Part shown: positions 18,564 to 27,839 of the stretch, one piece after another
How positions within the stretch are numbered: the first letter of the stretch is position 1
Layout: each line of letters starts with the position of its first letter
Program-made: the position numbers and the translations under genes
Notes under the pieces: model-generated
The model's database searches: none
Told to the model about the DNA's origin: nothing
What the model saw: the letters and a program-made list of their open reading frames with translations, nothing else
From: a virus
Virus record (IMG/VR): IMGVR_UViG_3300044695_003767
DNA length: 64,000 nucleotides
Reading direction: 5' to 3' (one strand)

Positions 18564-18841
18564 GTTTTTCTAAAACTGTTTCTGTTTTTGCTGCTCTTGC
18601 AAGTATCTTTGCTGCTGGTGCTACTGGTTGGAAACTTGCAGATTCACAAAAAGAAGTTCCTTTGAGTCCATTAGACCAAAAGGTGATGGAGTTGGAGAAG
18701 AAATTGGACCAAGCACAGCAACCGCAAGTTGCTCCTGAACCAGTAAAACTTCCAGCACCTATCGTTCAAACACCACTACAACCTAACGTACTTCCTGCTC
18801 CAACACCACCTCCTCCTGTTTCCGAAAATGCCACTCCTTGA
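18560..18841 (+). CDS. Membrane-anchored Pro-rich protein
   Basis: Hydrophobic N-terminus, coiled coil, PAPTPPPPV tail. Confidence 0.65.
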   Translation: MSFSKTVSVFAALASIFAAGATGWKLADSQKEVPLSPLDQKVMELEKKLDQAQQPQVAPEPVKLPAPIVQTPLQPNVLPAPTPPPPVSENATP

Positions 18842-19022
18842 TACTCTCAACTACTTCATACAAGACCAAGAAGGACACCTACAATGTCTTGAATGGGAAA
18901 TCAGGGATGAAACCAATTATGAGAACAATGACATTGATTGGTATTGTGAACAGTATGATGAAGCAAAACAACGAATAGAAGACCTTAAACAAATCAAATC
19001 CATTATTGAAGCACAACAATGA
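18828..19022 (+). CDS. Hypothetical protein
   Basis: ORF track; coupled. Confidence 0.65.
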   Translation: MPLLDTLNYFIQDQEGHLQCLEWEIRDETNYENNDIDWYCEQYDEAKQRIEDLKQIKSIIEAQQ

Positions 19023-19213
19023 CTTACGATCAACTCTACGAGCACATTGTCAACTACATTGCTCAACCACTAGATGATAAGCGTCGTGCCTGTCTGATTC
19101 TGGGTGCATTTATGGAGTTTAACCTTGATTGTCTTGATGAAGGTGTAGACCCTCGCACTATTGATATGACTGGTTTTGTGAATGAGAAACTTGATGAACT
19201 GGAGGGCAAATGA
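19019..19213 (+). CDS. Hypothetical protein
   Basis: ATGA-coupled. Confidence 0.65.
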   Translation: MTYDQLYEHIVNYIAQPLDDKRRACLILGAFMEFNLDCLDEGVDPRTIDMTGFVNEKLDELEGK

Positions 19214-19470
19214 GATTTCGTGATATTGAGTTCCGTTGGAGTAAATGCAACAACAAGTATGAACTCGTTAAGTGGTATCAATCTAATGGTTCAGGACAAG
19301 AGAACTGCTATGTGATTGCTTTTTTTGATAAAGGCAAAGAGTGTTATGATATGAGAACCATCGGTACTAGGTTCTTTGAGGATAAAGATGCCTGGGTTGT
19401 AGGTAAGTATGGTTTGGAGTTTCTAAATGAAATCTTTGAGATTGAAAGGATTGAAGAGGAACTGAAATGA
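19210..19470 (+). CDS. Hypothetical protein
   Basis: ATGA-coupled. Confidence 0.65.
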   Translation: MRFRDIEFRWSKCNNKYELVKWYQSNGSGQENCYVIAFFDKGKECYDMRTIGTRFFEDKDAWVVGKYGLEFLNEIFEIERIEEELK

Positions 19471-19718
19471 ATAAGGACGAATACTACGATTGGATTGCCG
19501 AAAATGATTCATATCCAGAACATTCTCATAAGTGGATAGTGGGACTTTATACTCCTGATGGTGGTAGATTTGATATGCTACACAGATACTTTGGACCTTT
19601 TGAAACCAAAGAACAAGCACGGGTATTCGCAGCAGATTATAAGGACAAATACACAAAACCAGGATTTATTTCCAGAACCAAAATCTTCCCACTCTGTGAG
19701 GTAGTAAAGGACACTTGA
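19467..19718 (+). CDS. Hypothetical protein
   Basis: ATGA-coupled; GPFETKEQA. Confidence 0.65.
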   Translation: MNKDEYYDWIAENDSYPEHSHKWIVGLYTPDGGRFDMLHRYFGPFETKEQARVFAADYKDKYTKPGFISRTKIFPLCEVVKDT

Positions 19719-19766
19719 AGAACTGGCACAGGGCATCTCCACAGGTGCCCTTTTTCGTTGTATAAT
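19708..19766 (+). promoter_or_regulatory. Palindrome-type early promoter
   Basis: aggacact-N6-actggcac, 31 nt, TATAAT; the first 26 nt are identical to 22824-22849. Confidence 0.75.
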
Positions 19767-19788
19767 GACTTTATAAACAAACAAACCA

Positions 19789-20121
19789 ATGACTGAACTT
19801 ACTCCTGAAGCACAAGCAGTTGTAGATGCCTTCTATCGTGAATTGCCCCCAAACTATCAGCAAGGAGGTATTACTGCTGCTCTCCGTGCTGCTATTGATA
19901 GTGTAGTTCCTGAAGAAGCAGAAGCACCGAGGGCACAGTTTGATTGTCCTCCTCGTAAGTTGTGGTCAATCAATAAAGAAAAAGAAAGGTGGGGATATGA
20001 GCATTCAGATCATCTGAGGAGGCAGTTTGCTCAAGACAAACTGGATATTCGTTGGGAACAACGACAACAAACCCGTGCTTTGATGCTTGCTATTGTCGTT
20101 GAACTTGAGAACCTGAAATGA
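19789..20121 (+). CDS. Hypothetical protein (distant member of the AQ.V..A...ELE paralog family)
   Basis: First gene after the promoter. Confidence 0.7.
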   Translation: MTELTPEAQAVVDAFYRELPPNYQQGGITAALRAAIDSVVPEEAEAPRAQFDCPPRKLWSINKEKERWGYEHSDHLRRQFAQDKLDIRWEQRQQTRALMLAIVVELENLK

Positions 20122-20294
20122 ACTACCTCTGCCTTGTTGATGGTGTTGTAGAATACGGTAGCACAGACCTCTACCAATTCAATCATTATCGTATGGTGTA
20201 TTACGAAGACCACAAAGATGCTGAAAATGTAGAGTATCTTGTGCTGACTGATGAGGCATACAACGAAATGTTCCCTTGTGAGGATGAAGAATGA
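20118..20294 (+). CDS. Hypothetical protein
   Basis: MNYLCLVDGVVEYGS...; ATGA-coupled at both ends. Confidence 0.6.
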   Translation: MNYLCLVDGVVEYGSTDLYQFNHYRMVYYEDHKDAENVEYLVLTDEAYNEMFPCEDEE

Positions 20295-20533
20295 CTAAAA
20301 TCCAACTCAAAGCAATCACAGTTACTTACACCAGAACTCTCACAGTTTCACCCACAACTGAAATGTTTGAGGACTGGGAGGATTATCCAGACCAAGAAGG
20401 ATTTGAGAGTTTAGTGCTTAATGAATTGTTTGATAAAATCCATTATGAGATGGGAGGACCCGCAAATCCTATGCCTTACACTGATGTAAAACAGTTTGAA
20501 ACCGTTGAGATTGACTGGGAGGGTGAAGAATGA
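20291..20533 (+). CDS. Hypothetical protein
   Basis: ATGA-coupled. Confidence 0.65.
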   Translation: MTKIQLKAITVTYTRTLTVSPTTEMFEDWEDYPDQEGFESLVLNELFDKIHYEMGGPANPMPYTDVKQFETVEIDWEGEE

Positions 20534-20706
20534 CTGACGCAGCATACAAAGTTTGGGAAGCATTCAAAGCAGAATTGATTGTAGAACCCACCGATGATAT
20601 GAAAGAAGCACTTGCTACTGCTATTCGTGAGATTGCTGACCAACTTTATTTTGACCCTGATGTAGATTATCTAAATCGTCTTTCCTATAATGTGGAGGCA
20701 CTATGA
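20530..20706 (+). CDS. Hypothetical protein, paralog of 26506-26706
   Basis: ELIVEPTDDMKEALATAIREI. Confidence 0.65.
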   Translation: MTDAAYKVWEAFKAELIVEPTDDMKEALATAIREIADQLYFDPDVDYLNRLSYNVEAL

Positions 20707-20906
20707 CTGAACGAGCACAAAAGATTATGAAAGCATACGAAGCAGAGGATACTTACAACTTTCCAAAAGATGGAGTTGTTGCTGTTATTCGTGCTATTGT
20801 GAATGAACATCAATACTATCAGTGTTGTAGAGACCAGGATATAGAAGATATGGTAGTTGATGCTCGATTGCTTTATGAACTTGCTGATGAATTGGAGGCA
20901 CTATGA
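20703..20906 (+). CDS. Hypothetical protein, paralog of 26506-26706
   Basis: IVNEHQYY...EDMVVDARLLYELADELE. Confidence 0.65.
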   Translation: MTERAQKIMKAYEAEDTYNFPKDGVVAVIRAIVNEHQYYQCCRDQDIEDMVVDARLLYELADELEAL

Positions 20907-21070
20907 AACTCTACCGATACAAGAAAGACGGACACCTTTATACTCTCTATGAGCAGTTGAGACCATTCTATAATCTTGTAGCAGTTCCTTATTTTCCCAA
21001 TCAAGGTATTCTTGCTAAAAGTAAGAGGAGTATTTCTATGGATGATTTTGTGGTGGTTGCTGAACGATGA
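20903..21070 (+). CDS. Hypothetical protein
   Basis: ATGA-coupled at both ends. Confidence 0.55.
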   Translation: MKLYRYKKDGHLYTLYEQLRPFYNLVAVPYFPNQGILAKSKRSISMDDFVVVAER

Positions 21071-21195
21071 CTGACGAAGAATGGGAAACCACACTCAAAA
21101 GTATGAATGAGAATGTGAAGAAGTGGGTGAATGAAGAAATTGATAAAATTAAGTATAGTATCATCAAAGACATTATTGACAAAGAACTCAAATGA
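21067..21195 (+). CDS. Hypothetical protein
   Basis: ATGA-coupled at both ends. Confidence 0.5.
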   Translation: MTDEEWETTLKSMNENVKKWVNEEIDKIKYSIIKDIIDKELK

Positions 21196-21410
21196 AACTT
21201 TTTATCTTTACTCTCATCATTCCACTTCTTATCATTACTGGTTATTTCCTTTCTATGGAACTACTGAATACTTACAATACTCAAAAGGATAGGGAGATGT
21301 TCTTGAAATCTTATGAGATTGTGTTAGAATGTAGAAAGTCTTATAATGTGATTAATTCCGCAACTAACATTTGTGGTGAAGTTCCTGTATTTGTGGATGC
21401 TGTAAAATGA
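21192..21410 (+). CDS. Hypothetical membrane protein
   Basis: N-terminal TM segment. Confidence 0.6.
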   Translation: MKLFIFTLIIPLLIITGYFLSMELLNTYNTQKDREMFLKSYEIVLECRKSYNVINSATNICGEVPVFVDAVK

Positions 21411-21616
21411 AAGTTTATTCACTCTATCACAACGAAACTTATGTTGCTTCCTTTCCAAATAAGGAAGATGCTGTTTTCTATGGTAAGCAATTCTATGAGG
21501 ATGGATGGTCTTGTAATATTATTGAAGAGTATTTGAGTAAATCTGCACCACTTTATAGCACTCCTTATATTCCACCTGCTTCAAGCACTACTCCTACTAT
21601 TCACAAGATAGATTAG
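21407..21616 (+). CDS. Hypothetical protein
   Basis: Coupled. Confidence 0.6.
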   Translation: MKVYSLYHNETYVASFPNKEDAVFYGKQFYEDGWSCNIIEEYLSKSAPLYSTPYIPPASSTTPTIHKID

Positions 21617-21648
21617 GATAATAGAGTAGAAGGAGTTGATTATTGATT

Positions 21649-21783
21649 ATGACTGAACCAACCGACGAACAAATTGATGAACTTTGGGATGAGATTGGAG
21701 GGTATTACAATCTTTATCCCGAAGTTAGAAATACTATTCGTGAAGCACTTCATCGTTGGGGAAATGTGGAGGATGAAGAATGA
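21649..21783 (+). CDS. Hypothetical protein
   Basis: MTEPTDEQIDELW...ALHRWG. Confidence 0.55.
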   Translation: MTEPTDEQIDELWDEIGGYYNLYPEVRNTIREALHRWGNVEDEE

Positions 21784-21926
21784 CTTACGAAGTTCAAACT
21801 TGGGATGACACAGATAAAACTGTGTATTATGAAACCGTAAAGGATGCTATTGATTATGAGAATGCTCGTGATATAATTGTAGAGAAGTATCCAAACCGTA
21901 AAGTAATTGCTGTAATTAGAAAATGA
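21780..21926 (+). CDS. Hypothetical protein
   Basis: ATGA-coupled at both ends. Confidence 0.55.
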   Translation: MTYEVQTWDDTDKTVYYETVKDAIDYENARDIIVEKYPNRKVIAVIRK

Positions 21927-22486
21927 CTGAACCATTAAATCACAAACTTGATATAAGTAAAATCAAAACCCTCAAAGATGTAAAGAATGTCTTTGAGTGT
22001 ATGAATTTGTATGCTTCTGCTGAAGAAGGTTACGAAAAGTATGAACTTCTCAAAGAATACTTTACGATCCCAAACGAACCACAAGAAATCAAATTTGAAT
22101 TACCACGCAAGTCATTAGAAGAAATCTCACAAGAGTTTGATGAGAAGATTGATTACCTTTTGGTGAAAACCCAAAGAAAGTTTGCCGTATCCAAAGAAAC
22201 TGCCGAACATTTTTATAATCACAAGTTCAATAGGATTATTGAGAACTTTGAGTATGCGAAAGAACACGGACAATTCCCAGTCAGACTTACAATAGGTAAT
22301 TTAGATTGTTCTACTCTTGGTGTGAGCAGTGCTGTAGATTGGAGCACAGAGTTTAGAATTGGTAAAGATGAGGTAGGATACTGGAACATCAAACCAAACA
22401 TCAAAGTGTATCTGAAAAAGAAACCAAATCGTGTTGTGAGATACTTTACTAAACTACTTCTTGATTTTACTTGGAAAGATAAATGA
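21923..22486 (+). CDS. Hypothetical protein
   Basis: 187-aa ORF; coupled. Confidence 0.7.
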   Translation: MTEPLNHKLDISKIKTLKDVKNVFECMNLYASAEEGYEKYELLKEYFTIPNEPQEIKFELPRKSLEEISQEFDEKIDYLLVKTQRKFAVSKETAEHFYNHKFNRIIENFEYAKEHGQFPVRLTIGNLDCSTLGVSSAVDWSTEFRIGKDEVGYWNIKPNIKVYLKKKPNRVVRYFTKLLLDFTWKDK

Positions 22487-22686
22487 CTAAACTATCAGCA
22501 GCAGACCTTATGGTAATTCATAATACTCTCTATAAAAGTTTGAGTGTCGTTGGAAATAGTATTTGGACACAAGAAACCAGAGAAAGAGTTATGGATAAGG
22601 TGTCTATTATTATGGAAAATATGAACGCAGAAGTTGTCTGTGGTGATGTAGAACCTATTGTAGTGAGTGGAGATGTTGGTGGATAG
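22483..22686 (+). CDS. Hypothetical protein
   Basis: Coupled. Confidence 0.6.
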   Translation: MTKLSAADLMVIHNTLYKSLSVVGNSIWTQETRERVMDKVSIIMENMNAEVVCGDVEPIVVSGDVGG

Positions 22687-22823
22687 TATTGAAGAACTCC
22701 AAAAATACTTGGATGACCATAACATTACATTTGAAGAGTATATGAGAGCAAATATGATTACTGATGAAGAACGGAAATATATTGATAAGATATGGATGGA
22801 TGCGATTTATAAGAACTTGGGTG

Positions 22824-22881
22824 AGGACACTTGAAGAACTGGCACAGGGGATGCTCTGGGTGTCTCTGGATGCCTTATAAT
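22824..22881 (+). promoter_or_regulatory. Palindrome-type early promoter
   Basis: aggacact-N6-actggcac, 30 nt, TATAAT. Confidence 0.75.
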
Positions 22882-22904
22882 ACTCTCATACACACAGACA
22901 CCTG

Positions 22905-23147
22905 ATGACTGAACAAGAACTTATTGAACTCTGGGGTAATGGAACCCAGTTTGGAATGAATACTCTTGGTGCTGGTGTTATGACTGGTGCTATGAATAAT
23001 GCCTTTCGTGAGGTTGCTGTAAAGTTTGCTCTTGTAGTTGCTGATAAAGCATATGGTATTGGTTATGATATTGGAGCAGGTGATGAGTATGATAGGGGAT
23101 ATGTTGATGGTGTGGAAAGTGTAAGGTCTGGTGTTCTTGGAGATTGA
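22905..23147 (+). CDS. Hypothetical protein
   Basis: First gene after promoter; GY..G repeats. Confidence 0.65.
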   Translation: MTEQELIELWGNGTQFGMNTLGAGVMTGAMNNAFREVAVKFALVVADKAYGIGYDIGAGDEYDRGYVDGVESVRSGVLGD

Positions 23148-23148
23148 A

Positions 23149-23472
23149 ATGACTGCCTTCAATTACAAAGGATACGGACGCATCTACACCAATTCAAGGA
23201 ACATTCAAAATGTAGAAAAAATCATTCAAGAACTTGATGAGTTTGAGTGGGGTTATTATCCAGGAGGTCTCGTAGCATCTTGGGATATGTATCCAAATGT
23301 AGAGTATATTGGTAAGTTTGAACTGAATGAAGACAAGTTCAAACAAATCTGTAAGGAACGAAACATTCCTGTTTTTGTCTTTAATGCTTATGATAATGAG
23401 TATCCTCGTGGTTATGTCAAAACTTTGAATAGAGAAGAAATCAAACAACTTTCTTATGGAGAACTGAAATGA
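23149..23472 (+). CDS. Hypothetical protein
   Basis: RBS GGAG; ends YGELK. Confidence 0.65.
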   Translation: MTAFNYKGYGRIYTNSRNIQNVEKIIQELDEFEWGYYPGGLVASWDMYPNVEYIGKFELNEDKFKQICKERNIPVFVFNAYDNEYPRGYVKTLNREEIKQLSYGELK

Positions 23473-23654
23473 CTGAACGAGTAAAATTCAAAACTATCAC
23501 ACGAGTGATTGACCCAAAGACACGCATTCATTATCTAGATGCTGTTGATGAGAATGGATACCACTGGACTGCCGAAATGTCACCACACGAAGAGAGATGG
23601 TTGTGCTATACTGATGTATGGAAAAAAGACCCCCAGCAGCCCTATGACCTTTAA
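23469..23654 (+). CDS. Hypothetical protein
   Basis: Coupled. Confidence 0.6.
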   Translation: MTERVKFKTITRVIDPKTRIHYLDAVDENGYHWTAEMSPHEERWLCYTDVWKKDPQQPYDL

Positions 23655-23656
23655 TT

Positions 23657-24016
23657 ATGAAAGACCTTGAACTCGGACAAATGATTTTTGGCAATCCCAC
23701 AGAGGAATATAGTGTTCCTCGTGAGAAATGGATGGGTGGTCCATTCCAAATCTTGATTGATGCGATTACAGAAAAGACAGGAGAAAAAGATTATGGATAT
23801 ACTCCACATTTCTCCAACGATTTTTTCATCATCCGTCCTTATTATTGGGGTGATGAAGAAGATGAAATGGATAAACCTAACTTTGAAATTCCAAGTGAAA
23901 ACTTTCGTTTGACTTGGTATAAGTATCCTTTTAGGAGTTCTTATGCGAGTGAGAAACTTACTCCGAAGAGGTGGAATGCCCTTATTCAAAAATGTATCAA
24001 GAGTTTGGAAGAATGA
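23657..24016 (+). CDS. Hypothetical protein
   Basis: F.IRPYYWG...KPNF...WYKYPFR. Confidence 0.7.
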   Translation: MKDLELGQMIFGNPTEEYSVPREKWMGGPFQILIDAITEKTGEKDYGYTPHFSNDFFIIRPYYWGDEEDEMDKPNFEIPSENFRLTWYKYPFRSSYASEKLTPKRWNALIQKCIKSLEE

Positions 24017-24279
24017 CCCTTGAAGAAATCCTAGAAGAATACGGACAGGAAGTATTAGACACATACTACGAACTGTTCCCAGACAAAAACATCTCAAAGT
24101 TTGGTGATAGGTGTTGTGGATTTGTTGGTGAGTATCAGGATTTTGTGTTAGACTGTTATCATTCAACTGGTAGTGATGAACTGGAAACACTTGAAGAGTT
24201 TATGAATGGTGTATTTCAGGAGTATTATTACTACTGCGAAAAAACAGCAACAGGATTTGTATTTTATAATGAACGATGA
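24013..24279 (+). CDS. Hypothetical acidic protein
   Basis: Coupled. Confidence 0.6.
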   Translation: MTLEEILEEYGQEVLDTYYELFPDKNISKFGDRCCGFVGEYQDFVLDCYHSTGSDELETLEEFMNGVFQEYYYYCEKTATGFVFYNER

Positions 24280-24449
24280 TTAAAGAAGAACTCAAAGCAA
24301 TCTTGTTTATTCTTGGATTATTGCTACTTTTAGGAATACTCACATCATTTACTACTGATTATCAAAAAACAAAATGTTTGGAAGACGGTGGTAGGTGGAT
24401 TAGTGGATTTGTAGGTGGAAATTGGACTTATTTTTGTTTGCCGAAATGA
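24276..24449 (+). CDS. Hypothetical membrane protein
   Basis: TM segment plus C..DGGRW...C; coupled at both ends. Confidence 0.55.
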   Translation: MIKEELKAILFILGLLLLLGILTSFTTDYQKTKCLEDGGRWISGFVGGNWTYFCLPK

Positions 24450-24673
24450 CCAAACATCCTACATCAGAATGGGAGTGGGAAGACACTGCCGAAGTCGCAT
24501 TTCAGGAATGGTTTAACGACCTTTATACTCCTTATACCTTTCGTTGTGAATGGTTCTATGGAGATTGTGCCGTAGAAGACCTGAAAACCCGTGAGGATTT
24601 GTTGAGAAAGTGGTTGCATTCTGCCTTCTTGACGGGTTATAATACTGGTAGATGCTCCAAGACCGATGAGTGA
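24446..24673 (+). CDS. Hypothetical protein
   Basis: Coupled. Confidence 0.6.
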   Translation: MTKHPTSEWEWEDTAEVAFQEWFNDLYTPYTFRCEWFYGDCAVEDLKTREDLLRKWLHSAFLTGYNTGRCSKTDE

Positions 24674-25286
24674 CCTAATCTTCTACACAAATGGTGAGGA
24701 AACATATCGTATTTCTCCTCCAACTATTGGAACCAAGTGCCCTGAAATGAAACTTGAAATCAAAATGACTGAAACTGACATCTCAAAAGTTCTCATAGAA
24801 GGAGAATATGCAACCATTATGGGTGTGAAATATAAGAGAGTGGAAGAACCAAAATCACCAGTAGAAGAAGCATACAAAGAGTGGTGGGGACAATATCCTG
24901 AATTGGAAACTGATTCCAAGTATGATGATATGAGGTGGCAGGGTTTCCAAGCAGGTTATGAACTAGCACAAGTAAAAGATGGGTGCCCTGAACCACCTGA
25001 TGAACCAGATTATTATGATGAAGTTGAATGGGATGAGAAAGACAACTCAAAACCTATGGATGAGGTTGTGAATAGGTTGGTGAAAAAATACGAAGCACAA
25101 AAACTTTTTAATAGATTGGTAGATGAACTTGGTTATGATTTTGATGCTTGTAATGATGTTGTAGATTTGGTAGAAGATTGGTTGCCGAAAGAACAATCAG
25201 CAGCAGGAAGTCAAAATGTAGATACTGAATTGCTTGTTGATGGATTTAATGATTGTTTGCGTAAAATCAAGGGGATGCTACGATGA
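24666..25286 (+). CDS. Hypothetical protein
   Basis: 206-aa ORF. Confidence 0.7.
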   Translation: MSDLIFYTNGEETYRISPPTIGTKCPEMKLEIKMTETDISKVLIEGEYATIMGVKYKRVEEPKSPVEEAYKEWWGQYPELETDSKYDDMRWQGFQAGYELAQVKDGCPEPPDEPDYYDEVEWDEKDNSKPMDEVVNRLVKKYEAQKLFNRLVDELGYDFDACNDVVDLVEDWLPKEQSAAGSQNVDTELLVDGFNDCLRKIKGMLR

Positions 25287-25465
25287 CTGAACGCAACTTT
25301 GCCAAAGAACTTTGCCATCACCGCTATATTGATATGGAGGATGGGAATGATACTGAAACTATTTGCTATCCTTCTTTGATTTGTATTATCACCGAGTTGT
25401 GTGATAGAATAGAGCAACTGGAGAAGGACAACGAACTTCTGAAATCTTATGCTTGGGAACAATGA
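25283..25465 (+). CDS. Hypothetical protein
   Basis: Coupled. Confidence 0.6.
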   Translation: MTERNFAKELCHHRYIDMEDGNDTETICYPSLICIITELCDRIEQLEKDNELLKSYAWEQ

Positions 25466-25881
25466 ACAATGATATGCCTTGGGTCAATCTCACCCAAGAA
25501 GAAGTAGAAGAACTCCGCAACAAAAAGCACACACTCACCGAATATGGCAGAGAACAACTGAAACGACTTATGATGAACCAAGAACCTTATCCTGACGAAT
25601 TTTTTGAGGAAGCAGAACGTCGTGAGAAGAGTAATCGTATTCTGCAACGATATAATGACTTTCACAATCTTGAAACTTCTGGACTTCCTCACGGCACACC
25701 AATCACACCAGAGCATCAGCAGATTATTGCAATGGAAAGTATGATTGATGCTATTCGTTGCGAGTATCTCAATCGGGAGTATAATCATATTGCGATTGAA
25801 GATATTGAGGATTTGATTGAACGACTTCGTGAGCAAGCAACTGCATTTCTTGAACGAGTGAGGCAGAACAATGACCGATAA
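25462..25881 (+). CDS. Hypothetical protein
   Basis: Coupled. Confidence 0.65.
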   Translation: MNNDMPWVNLTQEEVEELRNKKHTLTEYGREQLKRLMMNQEPYPDEFFEEAERREKSNRILQRYNDFHNLETSGLPHGTPITPEHQQIIAMESMIDAIRCEYLNREYNHIAIEDIEDLIERLREQATAFLERVRQNNDR

Positions 25882-26164
25882 ACCATTCTATCGTTTCTTT
25901 GCGATTGATTATTGTGCAACTGGTGAAGGTCGCTCTATTTGGTTAATGATCTGTCGTTATGACCTTGATGGAGAAAGAGATTATGAGTATGAAAGATTTG
26001 CAAACTTTGTTAATTATGATCATTACCTACACGGATTTGATGAACTTACAGAGCGAGAGTTTCTGGATAAGTATACGAGATTTATTCCTCACCTGATTGC
26101 TAATATGTTACAAAAGAAAACTATCGGAACTTGGCAAACTCATTTGCATTTTAATCTCAGTTAA
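25871..26164 (+). CDS. Hypothetical protein
   Basis: DY.ATGEGRS motif. Confidence 0.65.
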   Translation: MTDKPFYRFFAIDYCATGEGRSIWLMICRYDLDGERDYEYERFANFVNYDHYLHGFDELTEREFLDKYTRFIPHLIANMLQKKTIGTWQTHLHFNLS

Positions 26165-26220
26165 GACACTTACCAAACTGGCACACCCACACACCACAGA
26201 CCCACAAAATACCCTATAAT
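26163..26220 (+). promoter_or_regulatory. Palindrome-type early promoter
   Basis: aagacact-N6-actggcac, 30 nt, TATAAT. Confidence 0.75.
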
Positions 26221-26242
26221 ACACCCATAAACACCCATTATT

Positions 26243-26509
26243 GTGATGACTTTCCAACCCTACAACATTGTTCCTGGAACCGACATTCTTCATAGTTTGA
26301 CTGATGTTTATGAATTTTGTGATGAAGTAGAAGGAATGACTTATCGTGTAGAACTCAATGCTGATAATGGTGGAGTTTACATTAAGTCCAGTGAAAAAGG
26401 ACACGAAGAAGGTTCTAAAAACATCACCGAAGATATGTCTATCGGCAACAAACAACTTTCCATCGTTGTTGCTCGTCGTATTCTTGAACTTTATGGAGAA
26501 CTGAAATGA
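26243..26509 (+). CDS. Hypothetical protein
   Basis: After promoter; ends YGELK. Confidence 0.65.
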   Translation: MMTFQPYNIVPGTDILHSLTDVYEFCDEVEGMTYRVELNADNGGVYIKSSEKGHEEGSKNITEDMSIGNKQLSIVVARRILELYGELK

Positions 26510-26706
26510 ATACAAAAGCACAAACAATCTGGAAAGTATTTTGTGAAGAACTGATTGTAGAACCCACAGATGATATGAGAGAAGCACTTGCGACTGCTGT
26601 TCGTGAGATTGTGAATGAGTTTCAATACTATCACTTTGGTGATGGTGAAGATATGGTAGTTGATGCTCGTGTTCTTTATGAACTTGCGGAGGAACTTGAG
26701 AAATGA
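26506..26706 (+). CDS. Hypothetical protein (mosaic of the 20530 and 20703 paralogs)
   Basis: Direct sequence similarity to both ORFs. Confidence 0.7.
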   Translation: MNTKAQTIWKVFCEELIVEPTDDMREALATAVREIVNEFQYYHFGDGEDMVVDARVLYELAEELEK

Positions 26707-26885
26707 ACGACGAAAAGAACCCTGATGAGATTGTCGTCAGGGACATTGATATGATACACTTTGAGATGATGGATGATGGATTCCTCTGGTGCGGAATCTA
26801 TCATAAGAATGGGCAGATTGACCACTTCAATATCACTGCAAAGAAAAACAAACTCTCTACACTCTGGATGCCTAATTGTGGATAA
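26703..26885 (+). CDS. Hypothetical protein
   Basis: Coupled. Confidence 0.6.
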   Translation: MNDEKNPDEIVVRDIDMIHFEMMDDGFLWCGIYHKNGQIDHFNITAKKNKLSTLWMPNCG

Positions 26886-26889
26886 TACT

Positions 26890-27234
26890 ATGAGATTTGA
26901 AAACCCAACAAAATGGGAACTTTTCCTTGATGGATTTCGTAATGTCCTGTATATTCTTGACTGTTATGATGACGGTGATGAATGGGGTTATGGTGAGTTC
27001 TGGGAATCGTTGAGTATTGGATGGATGCAGATGGAAATTTATCCTTATGATGACCCCTACAACCTAACTATCAGTCCAGAACGTAGGTTGAGATTAGGAC
27101 AAGAACCAGAAAGGATTATTGTATCCGCAGAAGCATATGATGAACTTGTGCGACGAATCAATGAACCACAAGACCCTGCTGTGGTGGAAAGAATTAAAGA
27201 ACTTATGAGTCGCAAAGCACCGTGGGATGATTGA
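26890..27234 (+). CDS. Hypothetical protein
   Basis: MRFENPTKW...; C-terminus I.VSAEAYDELV.RI.EP...APW. Confidence 0.6.
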   Translation: MRFENPTKWELFLDGFRNVLYILDCYDDGDEWGYGEFWESLSIGWMQMEIYPYDDPYNLTISPERRLRLGQEPERIIVSAEAYDELVRRINEPQDPAVVERIKELMSRKAPWDD

Positions 27235-27839
27235 TTATGACACTCATAACATATCCATTTCATTATCTCTATTTTGAGAATTTTTATTCCCAAGAAGAAT
27301 TGGATTTAATATGGGAAGAATTGAATAGTTTATATGTTGAAGGTGATAAATTTTTATCACCAGATGATACTCATAGTGCCAAAGATGATAATGGAAATTA
27401 TATAAAAGCAAATAGAGGTTTATGGTTAGAGGATAAATCATCCAATCTTTTTAATATCACAAAAAAATTATATGATCCAACCATAATAAATCATCCATCA
27501 TCTTGGTTTTTTAAAGACACTAATTTTAATAAGGATGTGACACTCATATCATATTATGATGACGATGATTATTATGCTAAGCATAATGATTCATCCTACA
27601 TTACTGCTTGTACTTGGTTATATAAAGAACCAAAGCAATTTTTGGGTGGAGAGTTTTGGTTCCCTGATTATGATATAAAAGTTCCCTGTAAAAATAATTC
27701 CTGTATTATATTCCCGTCAAACATCTGGCATTCGGTTAAAAAAGTTTATCTACCAGATGAATATAAAAATAAAGGATATGGTAGGTATTGTATAAGTCAA
27801 TTTGTATCTGTAAATATTGGTAAAGATGTCTCTCAGTGA
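27231..27839 (+). CDS. 2OG-Fe(II) oxygenase
   Basis: LISYY...Y..HND...F.GGE..F...FPS..WH.V...GRYCISQF. Confidence 0.85.
   Translation: MIMTLITYPFHYLYFENFYSQEELDLIWEELNSLYVEGDKFLSPDDTHSAKDDNGNYIKANRGLWLEDKSSNLFNITKKLYDPTIINHPSSWFFKDTNFNKDVTLISYYDDDDYYAKHNDSSYITACTWLYKEPKQFLGGEFWFPDYDIKVPCKNNSCIIFPSNIWHSVKKVYLPDEYKNKGYGRYCISQFVSVNIGKDVSQ

Noticed and set aside
19721-19745. Sigma54 promoters suggested by the recurring TGGCAC
   Set aside because: No TTGC at the required -12 spacing, cyanobacteria lack RpoN, and TGGCAC is one arm of a palindrome.
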